A program made the position numbers and the translations under genes. The notes under the pieces were generated by a model. The model saw nothing but the letters and a program-made list of their open reading frames with translations. It was not told where the DNA came from and did no database searches. From contig CATOTD010000003.1 of NCBI GenBank assembly GCA_951812995.1, positions 152,825-216,824 of the forward strand: a stretch of 64,000 nucleotides of DNA. The letters are read 5' to 3'. Of this stretch, positions 53,801 through 61,289 are shown piece after piece (the first letter of the stretch is position 1; each line of letters begins with the position of its first letter). This DNA comes from an uncultured Gammaproteobacteria bacterium (GTDB taxonomy: Bacteria; Pseudomonadota; Gammaproteobacteria; Eutrophobiales; Eutrophobiaceae).

Positions 53801-55372
53801 CAGCGTGTCAGTGGCCGTGGTGCCACCGGTATAGCGCGCCGTGCGAGTGTTGGTGCCGATAAGAATGTCTATGGTCGGCGTGCCCGTTACGATGACATCC
53901 TCACTAAAAGTCACCGTGATGGTGATGACCTCATTCACCACAAACGCCGTGCCTGAGGCTGGATTGCTAATGGTCACCGCACTGATGGTTGGGGGCGTGT
54001 CGTCAACAGTCAGTTCAACATCGGTACTCGCACTCGTCGCACCATCCTCCAGACGCTTGGCAGCATCAGGCGACAAGCCCTCTTCAGTTATTTCATCTTT
54101 TAATTCATCAAGGGCTTCGCCCGTTGTTTTTGACTCGCCTTCTTCTACGCCCGAGACCGCCGCCAGTGCCTTGCCGTATTCGTTGGCGGCATCGTCACCC
54201 GTCGTTGGCTTGCCGTCTTTATCCACCGTCAGCTTGACCGGGCTCGATACCAGGTCATCAGCATCAGCTGTGTCATCATCACCCGTGATACCAAAGGACT
54301 TGGCAACCGCGGCTTGTGCATCGGTGACGGCTTCGGGAGTGATGTCCGTGATACTGGTTGCAGAGGCACCGTTATCACCACCGGCAAGACCAACCTTACG
54401 CGTGGCCAGCTCGGTCAAGGGGTTGATATTGGCCGTCTTGGTCGCACCCGCTGCCGGAGCCTCAACAATCACCCGCAAGTCGCTGGTCAGGTCTTTGTCT
54501 GCCTTCGTTGCTTCGTCTCGGTAGTCGGCGGCGGGGTTGGTGTCTATGACCTTAATCAGGATAAGGCCAGCATAGGCGCGGGTGATGGTGACCGTGTAGG
54601 TGCCATCATCATTGACCTTGGTCGTGCCAAGTTCGGTGCCATCGGCCGCATAGACAGTCACCGTCAACCCATCACCGGCAATCACCGGACCGGCCGTGAC
54701 AGCACCGCTTACGGTAAAGCCGACGGGGGTGGGCGTGTCGCCGCCGCCATCACCACCCGCGGGTGTGGTAGCACCACTGCTACTGCCCCCACCACCCGCG
54801 GCAGCAACGCCACCGATTGCACCGAGTACGCCCAAGGCACCGAGTAGTGTCCCACTACCGATGCCGCCCTGGTCATCACCGCCGGTAGTCGTCTCGGCGG
54901 TTGTTGTCTCGGCGGTTGTTGTCTCGGCGGACATCATGACATCACCTGCAAGTTGTTGGTTCAATATATCTTCAAGCTCGCCGTTACCCGCGGCCAATGT
55001 CAGCAGTGCTTGCAACGCACCCTGGTCATGGGCCTGGACATAGATAAAGATACTCCCATCACTCAAGGCCGTGCCGCTTGTGGCGGGGGTGACGACATAC
55101 TCGCCATTGTCATCTGCGCTGTCTTGATGATGCGGCAAGGCGACCTGGCAGGATGTTGAATCGTCAACACAGGCCGTGTAGAAGTCTTCAAGAATGACGA
55201 CCGTGCCATCGGCGTAGTGCAGGACCAAGTCGTCCCCTTCACGCATGACCAGCACATTGGTCTTGAGCGTGAGATTGTCTATATCGGTGATGCGGTAATG
55301 GGTGCTGACCTCGGTCTGGATGCGGTTGGTATTGCCGCTTATGGGATTGATGACAACAGGCTTGGATGACAT
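44837..55372 (-). CDS. Giant T1SS-type repetitive adhesin paralog (3,511 aa) with the same N-terminal prefix domain, Ig-like domains, 2 RTX/LVIVD supermodules and the same C-terminal secretion domain
   Basis: Uninterrupted 10.5-kb ORF. ATG start at 55372 with GAGGA RBS. N-terminal about 140 aa and C-terminal about 90 aa are near-identical to the 14,730-aa protein. Internal [10 protein letters not shown](T/A)LRY linker domains occur twice. Stop is TAA at the position homologous to the TAG of gene 1. Confidence 0.9.
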   Translation of the reverse strand: MSSKPVVINPISGNTNRIQTEVSTHYRITDIDNLTLKTNVLVMREGDDLVLHYADGTVVILEDFYTACVDDSTSCQVALPHHQDSADDNGEYVVTPATSGTALSDGSIFIYVQAHDQGALQALLTLAAGNGELEDILNQQLAGDVMMSAETTTAETTTAETTTGGDDQGGIGSGTLLGALGVLGAIGGVAAAGGGGSSSGATTPAGGDGGGDTPTPVGFTVSGAVTAGPVIAGDGLTVTVYAADGTELGTTKVNDDGTYTVTITRAYAGLILIKVIDTNPAADYRDEATKADKDLTSDLRVIVEAPAAGATKTANINPLTELATRKVGLAGGDNGASATSITDITPEAVTDAQAAVAKSFGITGDDDTADADDLVSSPVKLTVDKDGKPTTGDDAANEYGKALAAVSGVEEGESKTTGEALDELKDEITEEGLSPDAAKRLEDGATSASTDVELTVDDTPPTISAVTISNPASGTAFVVNEVITITVTFSEDVIVTGTPTIDILIGTNTRTARYTGGTTATDTLTFQYTVQDGENDADGISIAENSLNLNGGTITDTAGNDANRDHDAVAAATDKAVDTTTTADEITTTVEITGAADNVGSNAADVLASPTDLDTGNTTNDTTPTLSGTISAPLATNEVVQVYNNGVLLGTATVDGQNWTYTQTPALGHGATASYRIQVVNTDTNTFGVPATFTLTIDTRAPSAPGLALADDTNIADGITSDPTMTVRNIEAGATWEYSTDSGTNWNPGTDTTFELTNPSYEAGDIQVRQTDAAGNRSRVGTTTKITIDTEALPPGITFIDTGTNTSDNISNNPTITVTGLEAGATWEYTINGNDGTPDWRAGTGTTFSLGTDDGTYSANAIRVRQTDVAGNQSTAGNNANPITIDTEALPPGITFIDTGTNTSDRITNNPTITVTGLEAGATWEYTINGNDGTPDWKKGVGNTFELGTNITYNADDIQVRQTDAAGNVSRAGTTTAITIDTEALPPGITFTDTGTVGDNRTNNRTVTVTDLEAGATWEYSINNDSWQDGTGTSFNLGTAEGTYNANAIRVRQTDVAGNISEVGSNDAQIIYDTTAPSVTGIAINTPRAGNTFNTGEPIEITLTFNEAVTVVGVPHIFINIGGTNKQADYESGNGTTQLVFSYSPVVGDSDNNGISITTRNIVLPVGATIKDTAGNDATLAHTTVGPDLTKQVDAQLPRLNTTVTIDAAEDNVGSKIDDLANNGVTDDTTPTLSGTITAALNANEVIRIYNGATLLHTIDAATLGASMAWTYTPSALPDGATPSFRAQVVAVDGDGNVIAASATSVPFILTIDTTSPTAPAFALTPGTITINDGITNNPTINVAGIEAGATWEYSIDGGGNWRPGMGNSFNLADGTYAVGRIQVRQTDVAGNVSLVNSNDDTGRNEGEIRIKTTRPTIDNIAITPNANPNGSYVTGDNIIITVTFNEAISIIGRAPTISIDIGGTPKQIRYVGVLSSPTTLVFRYTVVDEDTDVDGISIDANAITGNITDIAGNPAILTHVAVVDSNAHRVHSFIGDAGANTYTATAGHEHFDGQGGTDTVSYTNSDAGVTVDLSDNNNNANGWAKGDVLTNIENLIGSDHNDELTGDKQANVLTGGMGDDVLEGGAGADRFVFAPGHGVDVIADFTNGNNIIDLSAIVGLTNFAAVQAVTEDDGNGNTVITTRLGNTITLTGVLEGALTDDDFIYAPIPPTLALQTPYSILNNAALTTGVVLGAKATAGDDVVLQAPVARGNITDDTALESPESITTVVIGGIPYALVAAHDSNGVQILNISDPDNPMPTATITDDKGGYTALKGAYSITTVVIDDPTGVPRTYALVAAEGEDRVQIIDISNPAMPKPTAAITDDNQDEDSPYTALGGGRAITTVKISDATYALVAAYDDDGVQIIDITDPNKPKPTAAISDGEGGYTALLGATAITTVVVGGKTYALVAAYDDDGVQIIDISDPDDPTPTAAITDDGDKTALDGAIAITTVKIAGKTYALVTANNDDGVQIIDISDPHNPTPTTAIYDEQNGFVLDGVYGITTIVIAGKTYALGTTYGSDDDGGVQIIDISDPENPIAVTAITDDGDNTALHGAEDITTTVIDGRAYALVSAYGDDGVQVIELPLTATISTITITATGLDTDGNEQLAYGTGTVLAIGGAANDDARDVTIAGITGLNIVWDNTANTITVTKTDNSELTTIEVEAILATLRYDNTDPKTANNGVREFSIVLTDADGLDSTPTVHRVNFNSGAIIGDDTDEIFQGVQITANADIIDGKGGVDTVSYAGALAGVTVNLGDNTQNARGWAVGDILLNIENIDGSTHADTLTGDANANELAGNGGGDTLNGEGGDDTLIGDAGVDILNGGAGNDTLYGGAGGDTLDGGDDIDTASYAVAAATGMAYTVLAADSGLAADVAITGVYVNLTKADAQTTNATNTVVTDARGDTLSSIENLIGSIHDDVLIGDAGVNRLDGGAGDDHLMGGGDADTLNGDAGDDTLYGGTGDDTLYGGDGIDTLNGGDGDDVLFGDAGDDTLNGGDGNDWLIGGADNDTFIGGAGNDTLIGGAGTDTASYENATEVAPYIVAADAVNRLATAVAGVTGVYVNLNKVGTAQTLGNTDATDDRLIDIENLIGSAHNDVLIGDRDVNRLDGADGNDTLYGGAGDDTLISGAEDDTLTGGAGDDTLTGGADDDTFVFAAGHGADTITDFTTGNNKIDLSAIPGFTNLKAVQDATVDDGNGNTVITTSKGNTIKLEGILKGALTDDHFIYAERSDPSSLALKTTYSILDDAALTAGVALGAKATAGDDVALQALVARGNIENNGGDIKLSNPESITTVVIGGIPYALVTSWIFDEVQILNISKPAMPTPTASISDDDDDETAVALVSPYAITTVKIGVSTYALVAADGDDGVQIIDISNPNKPKPTVAITDGATFTALDGAQGITTVNIGDATYALVAAYWDDGVQIIDISDPAMPTATAAIVDNNKDADSPYTTLNGATAITTVVVGGKTYALVAAYGDNGVQIINITTPAAPSHVAAITDSTADANTPYTALDGAIAITTVVIADKTYALVAAYWDDGVQIIDISNPHKPTPTAAIVDDNQDANSPFTALNGARAITTVMIAGKTYALVAAYVDDGVQIIDISDPKKPTPAGTITNADANTLLDGAEDITTTVIDGRAYALVSAYNDDSVQVIELPLFPTISTITITATGLDNSNEQLVYGSNAMGVDLTLAIGGNDASLSDVTIAGITGIDIAWVDADDTITVTKTDNSELTTIEVEAILAALRYDNTNVADATDRVREFSIVLTDLDGNPSTAVVHSVNFNSGATIGDDAGLSYAATANADLIDGKGGVDTVSYDQSDAGVTVDLSDNTQNAKGWAADDVLLNIENLIGSAQADTLTGDANANRLEGGAGIDTLTGGAGADRFVLDTNALAADTDIITDFNTGQNDRIQIDTVTGLENTLAALNLAVADNGDHANIVSADDHTLVYMTIQNIDHTLISDATFTDYFSVI

Positions 55373-55545
55373 GGATGTTCCTCTGTGGTGGATTGTTAAA
55401 CAGGTTTAATCGCTAACATGTTTGGTGTTTAAGTCTAGTGGCGCGTTGCCCTTAATGATGCTACAGCTATGGCTTGCCTGTCAACAGACAACCTTTGCAA
55501 TTACACAACAATACTGAGGCGGGCAGTCGCCTCAATATTGATGTG
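55373..55545 (-). promoter_or_regulatory. Conserved leader/promoter block upstream of giant gene 2
   Basis: Same conserved block as 44491..44660. GAGGA RBS before the ATG. An IS256-type inverted repeat begins only about 215 bp upstream of the start codon. Confidence 0.4.
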
Positions 55546-55617
55546 GGTACGGGGTGATGATGAGGCTGTGTGTCGTAATCGCTGAACCTTTCCCGAACTC
55601 TGTGTAACTGCCGTTGG

Positions 55618-55803
55618 TTAAACGAAATTCTTTAGTCGGTCTTCGAATTCGATCATAAAGCGATTCATCGCTGGTTTCCAATATTTAATCGGCATAGTCC
55701 ACTTCTTTGATGCATCTTGAATGGCCAGATAGATCACCTTTCTGGTAGCGTCATCGGTTGGAAACAACTTAAGGCAACCTCTATTAATGCAATCACTTTC
55801 CAA
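55618..55803 (-). pseudogene. IS256-family transposase, C-terminal fragment
   Basis: MESDCINRGCLKLFPTDDATRKVIYLAIQDASKKWTMPIKYWKPAMNRFMIEFEDRL is the C-terminal end of IS256/mutator-type transposases. It is separated from the rest of the gene by the IS5-family insertion. Confidence 0.7.
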
Positions 55804-56852
55804 TTTATTGGCTCAGAGAGGTTAAAAAAACCAATTTGATCCAAAAAGCCGGTAGTGTCCGTACAGCCCTGTTCTCGGCTTTACTTCGTTTTCAAGACGC
55901 ACTGACCCGTTCCAGAAAGCATAAACGCCTCATGTTGTACCTTAGATTCATCAAGCCGATATGCATGTTTGTGCGCGTAATGCCAATGCAAGGAACCGCT
56001 TTGCGGTGTAAATTGCGCTGTGCTCCAAACACAGGTTCGACCCGACTACGAACTTTGGAGCGCGTGCGCTTACCTTGCGCCTTGAGAAACGCTACTTTTT
56101 CCTCTGACCGATAGGCACTGTCAGCCCAGACATCTTTACTGGTATTGCTGTCATCTGGCAGGTCGGCAAAAACCTGCGCGTCATGGACGCTGGCATCAGT
56201 GACCTGATAGTCACGAATCAACTTGTTGTCATGGTCTATCTGGCTGTGGTTCTTGTAAGCAAAATGGCGGCAGCTATGTTTCTTCGTCCAGCGGACAGGG
56301 ACAGCGCCTGCCTTAATCCGTGCATTGTCTTCCCAACGGTTACGCGGCAACAGTGCCGGAATGATCGAGGAGGCAACTATCTGACCCTTGCGAGTGATAT
56401 AAGCCGCCTGGTTCAACGACAACTGCTCAAACAACGATGCCATCAGACCCAGCGCCGCTAACCGATGCTTGAATGCCCAGCAGGTTTTGGTATCAGCGAC
56501 TCGTTGCTGCCTAGCAAGACCCAGAAACTGCTGAAAACTGCAACGGTCTTCGATTTGGTATTCCAACTGAGCATCGCTAAGACCATACAGATTTTGCACA
56601 AGCAGTCCCTTGAACATCATCACTACGTTTGTTGGGCGTTGCCCGCCTGACGCTTACGTTGTTTCTCATGAACCTTGTTCAACAACGACCGAAAAGATCC
56701 CCAGTCAACCGTCTTTTCCAGTTCAGGCAGAGGATTACCCAACTGTTTGAGACGATAGTCTTGAAGATTAAACAGAGAACCGAAAATGTCATTGCTCATG
56801 GAAGTTTCTTTGTCAGTTTGGAAACTTCAACATTGTACCAAATAGAGTCATT
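55786..56852 (-). mobile_element. IS5-family insertion sequence (~1.07 kb) nested inside the IS256 transposase gene
   Basis: It splits the IS256 Tnp between ...IRKAIKKRKG and LFPTDDATRK.... It is flanked by ATTAAT/TTAA at 55782-55787 and 56850-56855 and by short inverted tctattaatg motifs. It carries an IS5-family DDE transposase. Confidence 0.55.
55892..56799 (-). pseudogene. IS5-family DDE transposase (~301 aa) with an in-frame TAG after codon 58
   Basis: N-terminal MSNDIFGSLFNLQDYRLKQLGNPLPELEKTVDWGSFRSLLNKVHEKQRKRQAGNAQQT, then TAG, then in the same frame VMMFKGLLVQNLYGLSDAQLEYQIEDRCSFQQFLGL...IVASSIIPA...ADSAYRSEE.... These are typical IS5/IS4-superfamily motifs. Confidence 0.7.
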
Positions 56853-57591
56853 AATAGATATCCCTTTACGTTTTTTGATAGCTTTCCTGATGACGCTGTT
56901 GAGCGATGCAATGGCGTTGGTGGTATAGATTGTCTTGCGCATGTCCTGCGGGTAATCAAACAGGGTGTTGAGGTTCTGCCAATGACTCTGCCAGGAACGG
57001 CTGGTCTTAGGGTATTTGGCATCCCATTCGTCACCAAAGACATCAAGCACCAACAGTGCTTCCGCCTCCGTAGCTGACGGGTAGATTTGCTACAAGTCGA
57101 CTACAACCGCCTTGTAGTCCTTCCAGGTAACATACTGCATCGCGTGCCTGATCCTATGCACAATGCATCGCTAGATGCGGGTTTGCGGGTAGACGGTATT
57201 GATGAGATCAGGAAAACTCTTGAGTCCGTCAACACAGGCAATCAGGATGTCTCGTACACCGCGGTTATGAAGTTCGGTCAAGACATTGAGCCAGAACTTG
57301 GCACCTTCGTGCTCTGACAGCCACAGCCCTAAAAGCGCTTTGTGCCCGTCCAGGTTCACGCCCAGTGCCAGATAGACAGCCTTGTTGATGACTTTCTTGT
57401 CCTGGCGGATTTTAACGACTATGCAGTCAAGGTATGCGCTGGGGTATATCAGCACCAGTGGCCGATTGCCACGCAATCACCTTTGCTGTCACGCGCGAGA
57501 GCAGACTGGTTGAGACCGCCACGCCCTACATTTCCTGAAACAGCGCGACAATGTCACAGGTGGTATTGCCTTTGGCATAGAGACTGAGAAC
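56850..57591 (-). pseudogene. IS256-family transposase, central fragments (frameshifted; in-frame TAG in FQEM*GV)
   Basis: ORFs 56796..57053 and 57171..57476 plus an upstream frame reading IGLVLSLYAKGNTTCDIVALFQEM*GVAVSTSLLSRVTAKVIAWQS. It needs at least 2 frameshifts and has one in-frame amber at a conserved Tyr position. Confidence 0.6.
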
Positions 57592-58817
57592 TAGACCTAT
57601 CACGGTTTAATGCCGCATGGAACTCTCACTTTAACCCCGTTCTTCTCTCGAAGGCAACGGGGCTTTTACAACCCAGTGCCAAATGCATTCGATGTTAAGT
57701 TGTAAAACCATTGATGTACTGGCATATCCACGTCTCGGCTTGCCGACGGGTTTTCCAGTCCTGCCGCCATATAAGCTCGGCCTGCATCGTCTTGAAGAAA
57801 GACTCAACAACAACATTATCATAACAATCCCCTTTGCTACTCATAGACATCTGCAAGCCATGCTCACACAATATCCGCTGATAATTATACGCACAGTACT
57901 GACTACCCCTGTCCGTATGATGAATACTCCCCTTTGATGGTGTCCTGAGAGTAATGTAATCGCCATCTGCAAGGCCCTGATGGTCAACTCACCTTCCAGC
58001 CAATCACTCGCCTTTAATACAAATCAAGCACTACGGCCAGATATAACCATCCTTCTGAAGTCCAGATGTAGCTTATGTCCCCCGCCTACTTCTGGTTCGG
58101 GAACTCCGCTGCGAACTCTCGCTTCAGTAAATTCGATACCGTGGCGAACTTATGCTCGCTGTTCGTCGTCACCTTGAACTTATGCGTCCTTTTCGGTGTG
58201 ATGCCGTTTTCACGCATCAGACGGCCAACACGACGATGACCAACAGCTATACCGGACTGCTGCAACGCCTCGGTCATTCCTGGACGACCATAACTGTCCA
58301 GGTTCATACCCGAATGCTCCTTGATATAGGCCAAAACAACCTCATCCTGGCGTTGCCGGTCACTGGCCGGGTGTGAACTATACGCCCGGAACTTGTGCTC
58401 ACATTCATGAGCGCACATAACCGTGTCACCGAAAAATGCCCCCTATGTTCTTCAACAAACCTAAACCTCACGGCTTTAGACTCACAAAGAACTGGGTGGC
58501 TTTTTTTTAATATCTCCCTCTCCTCCCTAAGTATCCGATACTCACGCAGATGCCGATTATTCTCAAGCGCAAGGCTCCGATCTGTATCCAAATCAACTTC
58601 ACTGTCACGGTATGTGACTATCCATTTGCTTAAGCGCGACAGCCCAACACCCAAATCTTCCGTAACCTGACAACGCGATAAACCGCTCGTCAAAGCAATG
58701 CGTACCGCATCCTGACGAAACGCGTCCGTCCTTACTGTTCTTACTGTACCCATAACTCTATCTCCTTTACTGCACGTTATACTCTCATTCGTGCGGCATT
58801 AAATTGTGACAAGTCCA
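57592..58817 (-). mobile_element. IS3-family insertion sequence (~1.2 kb), decayed
   Basis: Imperfect terminal inverted repeats ga.ct.gac.t.tcac..tttaatgccgca at 57588..57622 and 58793..58821 (reverse complement). The outer ends begin TGGAC/TAGAC. OrfA-OrfB transposase organisation. Confidence 0.65.
57626..58753 (-). pseudogene. IS3-family transposase OrfAB with multiple frameshifts and in-frame stops
   Basis: OrfA HTH region (LGVGLSRLSKW...LALENNRHLREYRILREEREILKKS). OrfB blocks: RVGRLMRENGITPKRTHKFKVTTNSEHKFATVSNLLKREFAAEFPNQK, then TAG in place of the conserved Trp, then AGDISYIWTSEGWLYLAVVLDL; after a frameshift GHHQRGVFIIRTGVVSTVRIIISGYCVSMA; then SKGDCYDNVVVESFFKTMQAELIW and YINGFTT(TAA)HRMHLALGCKSPVAFE. 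Confidence 0.7.
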
Positions 58818-59037
58818 GATCGATCACAGATCGACTACACCCGACCACGCTAGCCCTACCACACCCCAACCCATGCCCAGTGGCTGAACATTGAGCTATT
58901 GCCAGATAAAAATATTCAAATGCGGTATTTTGTGCAACGGTCACACGCTGTCTTTTAGCGTTGCGTCATGTCATTGATGTTGCCCGTCTTTTCATTCAAA
59001 ATGGGCGCATCATTTTATTTACTATTTAATCGTACCT

Positions 59038-60243
59038 ATGGAAACCTATTTGGTCGGCGGGGCTGTTCGGAACAAACTACTTGGCATCCCGGTTAAAGAT
59101 CGAGATTGGGTCGTTGTCGGTGCAACACCAGAAGAGATGCTGGCGCAAGGTTTTAAGCCAGTCGGTAAAGATTTTCCGGTATTTTTACATCCAGAGACCA
59201 AAGAAGAATACGCACTGGCGCGCACCGAACGTAAGTCGGGCAAGGGTTATAAGGGTTTCACCTTCCATACTTCACCTACTATTACGCTGGAAGAAGATCT
59301 GCTGCGCCGGGATCTCACCATCAATGCCATGGCCGAAGATGTTGCTGGCAATCTGATTGATCCCTATGTCGGCGAGTCTGATCTGAAAAAAAAATTATTA
59401 CGCCACGTCTCCCCCGCATTTGTCGAAGACCCCTTGCGGGTTGTGCGTATCGCACGATTTGCCGCAAGCCTCGGTTTCAATATCGCGCCAGAGACAATGG
59501 CTTTATTGAAAACTATGGTAGCGTCTGATGAATTAAATACATTGGTGCCAGAGCGTGTCTGGGCCGAGATGGAGACGGCGTTGGCGGCAAAATATCCCGC
59601 GCGGTTTATTCTGGCACTACAATCATGCGATGCATTGAAAAAACTTTTTCCTGAGATACAAGCCTTGTTTGGCGTACCGCAGACAAAAGCATATCATCCG
59701 GAGATCGATACCGGCTTACATACCATCATGAGCTTGAATCAATCAACACGTCTATCATCAGATCCCATGGTACGCTTTGCTGTGTTGGTGCATGATCTTG
59801 GTAAGGGGACAACGCCAAAAGATAAATTGCCGAGTCATCATGGTCATGAAAAACGGGGTGCGCGCATCATTGACAAGCTGTGTCAACGTTACCGTATTCC
59901 GAATAAATTCCGAGAACTCGCGATGCATGTTTCAACATTTCATCTCGATTGCCATCGCATACAAGAGATGACACCTAAAACAATAGTAAAAAAACTAGAA
60001 CACCTTGATGCCTTTAGAAGACCTGAACGCTTTGCACAATTTCTCACCGCTTGCGAAGCCGATGCCCGTGGTCGTGCCGGTTTTGAAGACCGAGCGTACC
60101 CACAAGCTGAATATTTCAAGCGTGCATTACAGGCGGCTAACAACGTTGATGTCAGCGTATTACAAAAACAGGGGTTACAAGATAAAGCACTTGGGGATGC
60201 AATCAGAAAGCAACGAATAAGCAATATTAAACAGCTACATTAA
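59038..60243 (+). CDS. cca: Multifunctional CCA-adding enzyme (tRNA nucleotidyltransferase / 2',3'-cyclic phosphodiesterase / phosphatase)
   Basis: 401 aa, METYLVGGAVRNKLLGIPVKDRDWVVVGATPEEM...FPVFLHPETKEEYALARTERKSG.GY.GF... plus a C-terminal HD domain (HPEIDTGLHT, HDLGKG). Colinear with E. coli Cca. Confidence 0.9.
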   Translation: METYLVGGAVRNKLLGIPVKDRDWVVVGATPEEMLAQGFKPVGKDFPVFLHPETKEEYALARTERKSGKGYKGFTFHTSPTITLEEDLLRRDLTINAMAEDVAGNLIDPYVGESDLKKKLLRHVSPAFVEDPLRVVRIARFAASLGFNIAPETMALLKTMVASDELNTLVPERVWAEMETALAAKYPARFILALQSCDALKKLFPEIQALFGVPQTKAYHPEIDTGLHTIMSLNQSTRLSSDPMVRFAVLVHDLGKGTTPKDKLPSHHGHEKRGARIIDKLCQRYRIPNKFRELAMHVSTFHLDCHRIQEMTPKTIVKKLEHLDAFRRPERFAQFLTACEADARGRAGFEDRAYPQAEYFKRALQAANNVDVSVLQKQGLQDKALGDAIRKQRISNIKQLH

Positions 60244-61040
60244 ATAAAGACAATAAATAACATGATACCCAATAGCACGCGATAAATGACAAACGGCAAC
60301 ATTCCAATCTTATCGATAAATCCCATGAAAATATGAATGGCAACCAGCGCACTGATGGCAGAAAGTAGTGCGGTAACAACAAAACTCATCATGTCAACGC
60401 CGCCACCGAGTTGAATTAACTTTAATAACTCATAACCGCCTGCGGCTGCGATGATGGGCACGGCCATTAAAAAAGAAAGACGTGCCGCACTTGTTCGATC
60501 TAGGCCTAATATTAATGCTGCCGTCATCGTGATCCCCGAACGCGACGTGCCTGGAATCAAAGCCAATGCCTGTGCAAATCCGATGATGATCGCATCACGC
60601 ATATTGATTGAATCTATTTTTCGTTGCCGCCTACCTTGTGCATCCGCATACCAAAGTAATAAACCAAACACGATAGATGTACCGGCTATAACTAACGGCG
60701 CGCGTAAATAAAGGGCGATAATGTTTCTTAAAATGAAACCGGAAGCTAAAACTGGAATACTGGCAACAGCCAAATACCAAAATAATTTACTGTCTGAAGT
60801 TGTGGGTGCTTTGCCAGCGATTGAATCTATCCCGGCAAGTAATATGCGGTATATATCTTTTCTTAAATAAAAGACCACGGCAAATAAACTGCCAAAATGT
60901 GCTGCTACATCAATAGCTAGGCCTTGATCAGCCCAGTTTGTCAATAACGGAACAAGTATCAAGTGTGCTGAACTTGAGACCGGCAAGAACTCAGTTAGGC
61001 CCTGAATTAATGCAAGAATGATGAGTTGTGTTAAATCCAA
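60240..61040 (-). CDS. uppP: Undecaprenyl-diphosphate phosphatase (BacA/UppP)
   Basis: 266 aa polytopic membrane protein, ALIQGLTEFLPVSSSAHL...GTSRSGITMTAALILGLDR. Canonical BacA motifs. Convergent with cca, overlapping it by 4 nt. Confidence 0.9.
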   Translation of the reverse strand: MDLTQLIILALIQGLTEFLPVSSSAHLILVPLLTNWADQGLAIDVAAHFGSLFAVVFYLRKDIYRILLAGIDSIAGKAPTTSDSKLFWYLAVASIPVLASGFILRNIIALYLRAPLVIAGTSIVFGLLLWYADAQGRRQRKIDSINMRDAIIIGFAQALALIPGTSRSGITMTAALILGLDRTSAARLSFLMAVPIIAAAGGYELLKLIQLGGGVDMMSFVVTALLSAISALVAIHIFMGFIDKIGMLPFVIYRVLLGIMLFIVFI

Positions 61041-61289
61041 TTTTAAATAGGTAAGAAAATTGCCGAGGCCATGCGCTGTATAATTCGGGTAATCGTTTTA
61101 TTATTTTTGTCCGCTATTATTGCCGCAATCTCGATGTTCCTGGCGCAATTATACAATTTCTGCGGGTCTACTGAATCAAGTATATAAAATCCGATTTATA
61201 ATCATAGGATTTCATAATCATTGACAGCAAGGATGACAAAAAATAATGCTGTAATGATAATCGTAGCCTTGTATGCAAACCCACTCATG

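Larger units (their letters stand above)
55592..57591 (-). mobile_element. IS256-family element remnant (3' two-thirds), interrupted by a nested IS5-family element and truncated at its 5' side by an IS3-family element
   Basis: Terminal repeat cccgaactctgtgtaactgcc at 55592..55612, 5 nt after the transposase stop. Transposase fragments match IS256-family conserved blocks (KKWTMPI.YWKPAMNRF; YTTNAIASLNSVIRKAIKKRKG; YLDCIVVKIRQD..VINKAVYLALGVNLDGHKALLGLWLSEHEGAKFW; ILSLYAKG). Confidence 0.6.

Noticed and set aside
298-55372. Possibility that the two giant ORFs are one gene split by a sequencing error
   Set aside because: Gene 2 ends with its own complete C-terminal secretion domain and a stop. 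Gene 1 begins with its own RBS, start codon and a full N-terminal prefix domain. The 346-bp spacer carries the duplicated 3' flank and leader. They are two complete paralogous genes.
58821-59037. Searched for the missing N-terminal IS256 transposase coding sequence between the IS3 element and cca
   Set aside because: None of the three minus-strand frames resembles the IS256 N-terminus, and only ~215 nt are available (about 330 needed). The missing part is instead found on the opposite strand at 63055..63365.
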